Source: Planctomycetota bacterium
GTDB lineage: Bacteria > Planctomycetota > PLA2 > JAEUHO01
Assembly (NCBI GenBank): GCA_046350655.1
Contig: JAXMAB010000004.1
Coordinates: 1,005,225-1,069,224 of the forward strand
Length of the DNA: 64,000 nt
Direction: 5' to 3'
Part shown: one piece after another, positions 56,623 through 64,000 of the stretch
Numbering within the stretch: the first letter of the stretch is position 1
Layout of the letters: each line of letters starts with the position of its first letter
Translations under genes and position numbers: made by a program
The notes under the pieces: model-generated
What the model was told of the DNA's origin: nothing
The model's input: only the letters and a program-made list of their open reading frames with translations
Database searches by the model: none

Positions 56623-59430
56623 TCACTGGTCGTACGTGAAGCGGACGGACCAACGGTCGAGGTAGGGGCCGGCGTCGAACGGGCCCATGGTCGAGGGCAG
56701 GAAGAACGTCACGCGGAAGCGGACGAACTCCATGCCGGCGAGCTGCGCGAAGCCGGAGGGCGACACGCCGCCCGGCAGGACGCCGCCGACGTCCGCGACG
56801 TCGAGGGCCGGCGGGGGAACGTCGGCCACCCAGGTCGGCTCCGTGACCGCGCCGGAGTCCACGAAGTGGCCGACGGCGCGCCACCCCGTGCCGACGGCGC
56901 TCGGCGTCCCGTCGGCGTTCGCGGCGAAGCCCTCGGCCTCGACGAAGATCGCCGTGCGGCCCCCGCCGCGGCTCGCGACGAGCGGGATGCCGGCGACGAA
57001 GTCCGCCGCGGTCGGCGAGAGGAAGACCGGCGCGAACGGGCCCGCGTCGATCAGCTTCGTGACGAGGGTCGGGCGCAGGCCGCCGCCCTGGAACCGCGTC
57101 GCGTCGAACACGCCGCGGTAGAAGCCCGCGCCGCCCTCGCCCGGAACCACCGTCGCGGCGCCGAGCCCGGTCACGATCGAGTCCGAGTCCTCGATCACGA
57201 TGCGGCCGAGGCCGCCCGCGCCGCCGTTGTTGGCGGGCGCGTTGTTCGCGGGGTACGCGAGGCTCGTGCCGCCCGCGCCGCCGTTGGCGGTGAGCACGGC
57301 GCCCGCGCCGAGCACCACGTCGCCCGGCGTCAGCAGCCGGATGCCGCCGCCGGAGCCGCCGCCGCCGCCCGCGCCGGAACCGACGACCGCGCCGCCCTGC
57401 GTGCCTCCGTTGCCGCCGCGGCTCCCCTGGGCGTCCACGGTCCCGGAGATGCGGATCGAGCCCTGCGCCGTGAGGTCGACGAACCCGCCGCCCGCGCCGC
57501 CGCCGCCGCCGCACCCGAAGTACGCCGTGCCGTTCGCCGGCAGGCCCTGCTGGGACCCGCCGCCGCCGCCGCCCGACCCGGCCTCCGCGGTCGGCATGCG
57601 GCTGCCGAGCGTGCCGTACGTCCCGCCGCCGGCCCCGTCGATGACGGTGCTCATCAGCGCGCGCGGGTTGCCGCCCGCGCCGTTCGCGGTGCCGGGGGCG
57701 CCGGTGGTCGCGTGCCCGCCGCCGCCGCCCGAGGCCGGGAACCGGTTGACCGCCGCGATCTGGTTCTGCAGCGTGCCGACGCCGCCGCGGCCCGCGCCCT
57801 GGAGCACCGGGTCGGTGTCGCCGCCCGAGCCGGGCGCCGTGCCCCACGCGCCGGAGCCGTAGCCCGCCTCGCCGTTGCCGCCGTACACGAGGAGGTTGCC
57901 GTTCACGTTGCGGCCCACGCCTCCGCTGCCGCCGCCCGCGACGCCGACGCCGCCCGCCGCGTCACCGCTGGACGTGCCGTTGCCGGTCTGTCCGGCGCCG
58001 GACGGCGCGCCGTTGCCGCCGTCGCCGCGGGCGAGGAGCCGCGCGCCCGCCTCGATCGTGAGGTCGCCGCGCACGAGGATGATCGCGGGGTTCACGCCCG
58101 TCAGTCGCACCGTCACGCCGCTGCGGATGCGGAACGAGCGGTACTCGAACACCACCGCGGCCGAGCCGTCCGTCGAGTTGCGGCAGGTGTTCCGCGTCGT
58201 CCCCGTCGAGAGGTTCACGTCGGTCGGCGGGTCGAAGTCGTCGAGCAGCCCGTCGTTGGCGGTGGGCGGGATCGCCGCCGAGCACGCGCCGCCGCCGTTC
58301 ACGTGGCCGTTCTCCGTGCCCGGCCCCGACGCCGAGGTCAGGTTCCCGAACGGGCCGTTGTCGCCGTCGCCCGCCACGAGCAGGAACCCGGTCACGCGGC
58401 TCGACGACCGAGCCGTGTCGAGCTCCGCCGTCGTGCTGCCGGCGTCGGCCTGCACGTCGGCCGCGAACTCGAGCGGGAGCGACCGCGTCTGCACCGGCCG
58501 GTCCTCGGTCGTGAACGCGAACGCGTACGACGGCAGCGGGTTGCCCCCGAAGTCCGTGACCGTGTTGTCGAGGCGCACCACGATCAGCGCGTTGTCGGGC
58601 CACTCGCCGAACCGCGGCACGATGCGCAGGCGCGTCGAGAGCGTGGTCTGCGTGAACTGGTAGTCGCACCGGATCGTGCGGGCCGGCGCCGTCGGCGTGC
58701 CGCTGCCCCACGTCGTCGGGTCGCCCGGGGTCTGGTCCGCGGCCGGCGAGAACGGGCCCGTCGCGACCTGCGTCACGGTGACCCCGTTCGCCGTCACGGT
58801 GCACGGGTCGAGGTTCTCGCTGAACACGATCTCCACCGCGTTCGACGGCGAGATCGGCACCCCGGCCGTCCCGTCCGCGGGCGTCACGGACAGCACCGTC
58901 GGCAGCGCACCGGGCCTCGCGTCCTCGAAGAGCTCCGGGTCGGTCTCGGGGCGCGTGTGGAACGTCAGGCCCTCGGTCACCGTCGCCGCGAGCGGCGCGC
59001 CGCCGACGCCCCGCACCGCGAAGTGCTCGGGGTGCCCGATCACCGTGACGCGGTAGTCGGTGTCCGGCTGCAGCCCGCCGTCGGAGAGGTCGCAGAGGCC
59101 GGGCAGGCGCGGCTCGAACCGCACGCGCGACCCCTGCACCACCGAGATGCCCGTGACCTGCGGCCCGAAGGCCGGGCCCTGCCGGATCTGGAACGAGTCC
59201 GGCCCCACGGAGTCCGGGTCGATCGCGTCGCTGAAGACGAACTCGAGCGTGCGGTTCAGCGGCACGTTGCCCTGACCGCGCTGGAGGAAGTCCACCAGGA
59301 CGATGCCCGTCGGCGTCGAGGGCCCTCCCGCGGACCCGCCTCCGCCGCACCCGGACGCCGCGAGCGCCAACCCCGCGGCGGCGACGATCGATCCGGGGCG
59401 CGTCCGACCACGAGGTCCGTGCCAGCGCAT
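56623..59430 (-). CDS. large glycine-rich secreted lipoprotein with Ig-like (SbsA-type) domain(s) and a Gly/Ala/Asn-rich putative beta-helical region
   Basis: About 935 aa from M63 of track ORF 56623..59616 (GGAGGG upstream). Lipobox LALAASGC. VTPADGTAGVPISPSNAVEIVFSENLDPCTVTANGVTV is an Ig-like domain pattern. Long GGGxGxGG tracts follow. Confidence 0.7.
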   Translation of the reverse strand: MRWHGPRGRTRPGSIVAAAGLALAASGCGGGGSAGGPSTPTGIVLVDFLQRGQGNVPLNRTLEFVFSDAIDPDSVGPDSFQIRQGPAFGPQVTGISVVQGSRVRFEPRLPGLCDLSDGGLQPDTDYRVTVIGHPEHFAVRGVGGAPLAATVTEGLTFHTRPETDPELFEDARPGALPTVLSVTPADGTAGVPISPSNAVEIVFSENLDPCTVTANGVTVTQVATGPFSPAADQTPGDPTTWGSGTPTAPARTIRCDYQFTQTTLSTRLRIVPRFGEWPDNALIVVRLDNTVTDFGGNPLPSYAFAFTTEDRPVQTRSLPLEFAADVQADAGSTTAELDTARSSSRVTGFLLVAGDGDNGPFGNLTSASGPGTENGHVNGGGACSAAIPPTANDGLLDDFDPPTDVNLSTGTTRNTCRNSTDGSAAVVFEYRSFRIRSGVTVRLTGVNPAIILVRGDLTIEAGARLLARGDGGNGAPSGAGQTGNGTSSGDAAGGVGVAGGGSGGVGRNVNGNLLVYGGNGEAGYGSGAWGTAPGSGGDTDPVLQGAGRGGVGTLQNQIAAVNRFPASGGGGGHATTGAPGTANGAGGNPRALMSTVIDGAGGGTYGTLGSRMPTAEAGSGGGGGGSQQGLPANGTAYFGCGGGGGAGGGFVDLTAQGSIRISGTVDAQGSRGGNGGTQGGAVVGSGAGGGGGSGGGIRLLTPGDVVLGAGAVLTANGGAGGTSLAYPANNAPANNGGAGGLGRIVIEDSDSIVTGLGAATVVPGEGGAGFYRGVFDATRFQGGGLRPTLVTKLIDAGPFAPVFLSPTAADFVAGIPLVASRGGGRTAIFVEAEGFAANADGTPSAVGTGWRAVGHFVDSGAVTEPTWVADVPPPALDVADVGGVLPGGVSPSGFAQLAGMEFVRFRVTFFLPSTMGPFDAGPYLDRWSVRFTYDQ

Positions 59431-59621
59431 GTGCATTCCCTCCACCCTCGCGCGCAGCCCGGACGCCCGCCCCTCCATGGCAACCGACGGGCCACGCGGT
59501 TGTAACGGCCGAGGGTCGCGCGCAACCGTCTGTCGTCCTTGCGGTTGCGGCGGTCGGTTGCGGGGGTACGCGAGGCCCGCCGGCCGTTCGCGACGGCACG
59601 GCGAGCGGACTCGCACGGCAA

Positions 59622-59915
59622 ATGCGGGCGGGGACCGCGCGTCCGTTACATTCCGCCGCCGTGCCGCTCAACGACCTCATCGGTTTCGTCGCCGCCGTCC
59701 TCACCACGAGCGCGTTCGTGCCCCAGGCGTGGATGACGTGGAAGACCCGCTCCGCGCACGGCGTGTCCCTCGGGATGTACGTCGTGTTCGTGCTCGGGGT
59801 CGCGCTGTGGCTCTGGTACGGCATCAACCTCGGGTCGATGCCGATCATCGTCGCGAACGCCGTGACGTTGTCGCTCGCGACGTTCATCCTCGTGATGAAG
59901 CTGCGGTTCGGTTAG
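59622..59915 (+). CDS. SemiSWEET / PQ-loop (MtN3-like) small membrane transporter
   Basis: 97 aa. PQ motif (..TSAFVPQAWMTWKTRSAHGVSLGMYVVFVLGVALWLWYG..). Three TM helices, as in bacterial SemiSWEETs. Confidence 0.55.
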   Translation: MRAGTARPLHSAAVPLNDLIGFVAAVLTTSAFVPQAWMTWKTRSAHGVSLGMYVVFVLGVALWLWYGINLGSMPIIVANAVTLSLATFILVMKLRFG

Positions 59916-60085
59916 GAGCCTTCTCCAGTGGCGTCCCTGTTGCGCCCGGTGATCCTCTCGCTGCGGCGGGCCTGCTCGCCTCGCGTCGGTCCCGCCGGGC
60001 TCGCGACGGACACCCCTGGAATCGGCTCTAGGCGCTGCTCGCGGTGCGTCGCGTGGCGAGCCCGTCGCGTACGGTTGAATGGCCG

Positions 60086-60553
60086 ATGGAGGAGCGCCCC
60101 GTGAACCTCGAGATCCACGTCGCCGTCGACGTGCTGCCGCACGCCGCCGACCTCGCGTTGCCCGCCTATGCGACGGCGGGGGCCGCGGGGCTCGACCTCG
60201 TCGCGGCGGTGCCCGCGCCCGTGACGATCGCGCCCGGCGGCCGGGCGTTGGTGCCGACGGGTCTGCGGATCGCGGTGCCCGAGGGGTTCGAGGCGCAGGT
60301 GAGACCGCGCAGCGGGTTCGCGTGGAAGCAGGGGCTCGTCGTCCCGAACAGCCCGGGCACGATCGACGCGGACTACCGCGGCGAGGTCGCCGTGATCCTC
60401 ATGAACCTCGGCGCGGAGCCGGTCGTGATCGCGCGCGGGACGCGCATCGCGCAGCTCGTGTTCGCGCCGGTCGCGCGCGCGACGTGGGTGCCGACGACGA
60501 CGCTGCCGCCGACGGCCCGCGGCGCCGGCGGGTTCGGCCACACCGGCGCCTGA
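60086..60553 (+). CDS. dut: dUTP diphosphatase
   Basis: 155 aa from M15 of track ORF 60044..60553. [45 protein letters not shown] motifs. Confidence 0.9.
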   Translation: MEERPVNLEIHVAVDVLPHAADLALPAYATAGAAGLDLVAAVPAPVTIAPGGRALVPTGLRIAVPEGFEAQVRPRSGFAWKQGLVVPNSPGTIDADYRGEVAVILMNLGAEPVVIARGTRIAQLVFAPVARATWVPTTTLPPTARGAGGFGHTGA

Positions 60554-60562
60554 CGGCGCGGG

Positions 60563-61033
60563 TCAGGCCTTGCCGAAGCCGTTGCGGACGAGGATCACCG
60601 GGATCTTCCCGGACTTCACGACGTCCGTCGCGACGCTGCCCATCAGCACGCGGCCGATGCCGGTGCGGCCGTGGGTGCCCATCACCACGACGTCGGCGCC
60701 GACGCGCGTGGCCTCGCGGTGGATCGTCGCCGTCGGGTTGCCGTCCTTCACGACGTGGATCTCGTGGCGGACGTTGCTCGCGTTGTCCGGCACGAGGCGC
60801 TTCAGGTGCGCGCGCACCTTCTTCTCGTGGGCCTCGTCGGACGCCGGCGAGGCGGGCAGCAGCACCACGGGCGCGGCATCGAGCGGCGAGAGCACGTACG
60901 CGGGCTCCCAGACGTGCAGCAGGTGGACGGTCCCGCCCGGCGCCACGAGCGCGAACGCGAGCGCCACGGCTTCGTCGCCGGTGGCGGACAGGTCGGTCGG
61001 GCACAGGATGGAGGCGAAGGGGGGGCGCTTCAC
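60563..61033 (-). CDS. universal stress protein (UspA family)
   Basis: 156 aa, GTG start with AAGGGAG SD. ...VVMGTHGRTGIGRVLMGSVATDVVKSGKIPVILV is the Usp C-terminal ATP-binding motif. Confidence 0.8.
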   Translation of the reverse strand: MKRPPFASILCPTDLSATGDEAVALAFALVAPGGTVHLLHVWEPAYVLSPLDAAPVVLLPASPASDEAHEKKVRAHLKRLVPDNASNVRHEIHVVKDGNPTATIHREATRVGADVVVMGTHGRTGIGRVLMGSVATDVVKSGKIPVILVRNGFGKA

Positions 61034-61764
61034 GGGGGACTCCCTTGCGTTGGACCGGGTGCGCCGGCCTGGGCGATCACCTGCAGGACCTCGAAACTCC
61101 CGACGATGCCGGCGAAGTGACCGCCGCTCTCCACGAGCACGCGGTGGATGCGCTTCTCGACCATCGTCCGGGCGACGTCCGCGAGCGGCGCGTCGGCGGG
61201 GACGCTGAAGACCTCGGCGGTCATCACGTCCTCGGCCGTCTCCTCGGTCTCCTCGGGGAGCTCGGTCAGCTCGTAGTCGTCGTCCTCGAGCTCTTCCGAG
61301 GAGAGGTGGAAGTACCCGCGGGACCGGCGCGGCCTCGCGTCGGCGTCCTCGACGTAGCGTTCGACGAGGTCGCGGAGGGAGATGACGCCGACGATGGCGC
61401 CGGTCTCGTCGGTGACGGGCGCGCCCGAGATCTTCTGGTCGGCCATGACGCGCTCGACTTCCGACAACGGCGTGGCCCGGTCGATCGTGATGACGTCCCG
61501 TCGCATGACGTCGCGGGCGGTCAGGTGGGGCCACGGGTGCCGCGGCGCGGCGGGGGGGACGCGCCCCCCCGGGGGGAGGACCTCGGCGGTCACCGTCCGG
61601 GGCGGCGGCGCCGCCGGGCGGCGCGGGGCCGCGGGCTCGGCCGCTCGGCGGCGGTGCGCCTGCCGGCCCGAGGGGGTCTTCCCCGACGGGGCCCGGGCCT
61701 TGCGTCCGGAGGCTCCGCCTCGGCCCGACGGGCGGGAGGCGGACTTCTTCGGACGCGCGGACAT
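61030..61764 (-). CDS. CBS domain pair protein with an Arg/Pro/Ser-rich N-terminal extension
   Basis: 244 aa from M57 of track ORF 61030..61932. Two CBS domains (ARDVMRRDVITIDRATPLSEVERVMADQKISGAPVTD.., AEDVMTAEVFSVPADAPLADVARTMVEKRIHRVLVE). Its stop overlaps the uspA GTG (GTGA). Confidence 0.7.
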   Translation of the reverse strand: MSARPKKSASRPSGRGGASGRKARAPSGKTPSGRQAHRRRAAEPAAPRRPAAPPPRTVTAEVLPPGGRVPPAAPRHPWPHLTARDVMRRDVITIDRATPLSEVERVMADQKISGAPVTDETGAIVGVISLRDLVERYVEDADARPRRSRGYFHLSSEELEDDDYELTELPEETEETAEDVMTAEVFSVPADAPLADVARTMVEKRIHRVLVESGGHFAGIVGSFEVLQVIAQAGAPGPTQGSPP

Positions 61765-61991
61765 GCGACGGACTCCACCGGGCACGGCCCGACCGCCGGG
61801 CCCCGGGGGGGCTACGCCAATCCCGTGCCCAAGGCCGATTCGGGGGCGCCCCGGACGCAAGTCCGGTCGTTTTCCGGGTTCCGGCGCGAGGGGGCGTGAA
61901 TCCGTCCGGGTTCGGTGCGGAACGATCCCCATTCGGTTGGGGCGGGATCCCCGGCGTCGCGACCGAACCGACGGTGTATCGTCCGGAGACC

Positions 61992-63358
<1,367 letters not shown>

Positions 63359-63362
<4 letters not shown>

Positions 63363-64000
63363 GCCGCGCCGGCGCGGGCGACGTCTCGCCGGCCGCGACC
63401 ACGCTGATCGGCGTCGTCCGTGAGGGGCTCGCGCTGCGGCCCGAGGAGGAGGCGCGGCTGCGCACGGCGGGCCCGCGGCTCCTCGGCGAGGTCGAGGCGT
63501 GGGTCGAGCGGTTCTACGCGCGCCTGCTGCTCGACCCGACGGCCGCGCGGCTGTTCGTGGACGAGGCCTCGGTGCTGCGGCTGAAGCGGTCGCTCGCCGG
63601 CTGGGCGCACGAGATGTTCCACCTGCCGTTCGACACGGCGTACGAGGGGACCCGCGCCGAGATCGGCCGCGTGCACGTGCGGATCGGGATGCCGATCCAC
63701 CTGATGGTGACGGCGATGGGCGGGCTGCGGCGCGACGTCGTCGCGAGCGTCGAGCGGCTGTGGGGCGACGACGTCGAGGGGGCGAAGCTCGTGCGCACGG
63801 CGGTCGAGAAGGCGCTCGACCTCGAGCTGGCGCTGATGCTGACGCAGTTCGAGCGCCGCCGGCTCGAGCTCGAGCGCGACCGGTCGCGCGCGGAGGACCT
63901 GGGCCGTCTCGCGCGGCGCTTCGAGCGCATCGCGCAGGAGGCGGTGTCCGCGGCGCTGTGCCACACGCATCTGCTGCGGGACGCCGACGCGAGGCCCGAT
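63359..64000 (+). CDS. globin-coupled-sensor / protoglobin-domain protein, partial (runs off the window end)
   Basis: Read directly: GTG overlapping the RR stop (GTGA), then VSRAGAGDVSPAATTLIGVVREGLALRPEEEARLRTAGPRLLGEVEAWVERFYARLLLDPTAARLFVDEASVLRLKRSLAGWAHEMFHLPFDTAYEGTRAEIGRVHVRIGMPIHLMVTAMGGLRRDVV... This is the sensor-globin pattern (W..F...LL.D.....F.......L...L..W.......P.D..Y...R..IG..H.RIG.P). Uniform GC3 bias, no stop within 214 codons. Confidence 0.5.

Overview
High-GC (about 70%) bacterial chromosomal segment. The lineage cannot be assigned from sequence alone, though the gene content has a Planctomycetota/Myxococcota-like flavour. About 40 protein genes and one tRNA were read from the six-frame track plus my own reading of both strands. 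Because the sequence is GC-rich and repetitive, the track is full of long spurious antisense ORFs. The real frame was chosen by recognisable protein families, signal peptides, strong G/C third-position bias and Shine-Dalgarno sequences. Housekeeping genes: LOG-family protein, typA/bipA, pyk, an AI-2E transporter, prfB (with its classical +1 programmed frameshift CTT-TGA), purH, dps, rnc (with a long Arg/Asp/Gly-rich tail), mfd, a SurA-like chaperone, a class IIb aminoacyl-tRNA synthetase, rpsT, def, ribF, a CDGSH Fe-S protein, tRNA-Phe(GAA), dut, uspA and a CBS protein. There are also two sigma-54 enhancer-binding proteins, one followed by a partial globin-coupled-sensor gene. Accessory content is dominated by a 4,303-aa secreted protein made of roughly 30 or more near-identical SdrD-B/Cna-B-like calcium-binding repeat domains (7685..20596, minus). 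Its 981-aa paralog (21156..24101, minus) shares the N-terminal module and a Cys-rich C-terminal module. The most unusual non-coding content is two families of short structured repeats. (i) A REP-like palindrome GGGACGCGAGGCCCGG..CCGGGCCTCGCGTCCC, found as 3-prime hairpins after many genes and also inserted in-frame inside mfd. (ii) A composite hairpin element with a conserved GACCGGCAC loop and ATGGCGGAACC arms, clustered in the intergenic regions that flank the giant gene. A tandem array of four 30-nt hairpin repeats (43322..43540) is CRISPR-like in appearance but not CRISPR. No integrase, transposase, cas gene or obvious defence/toxin system was seen.
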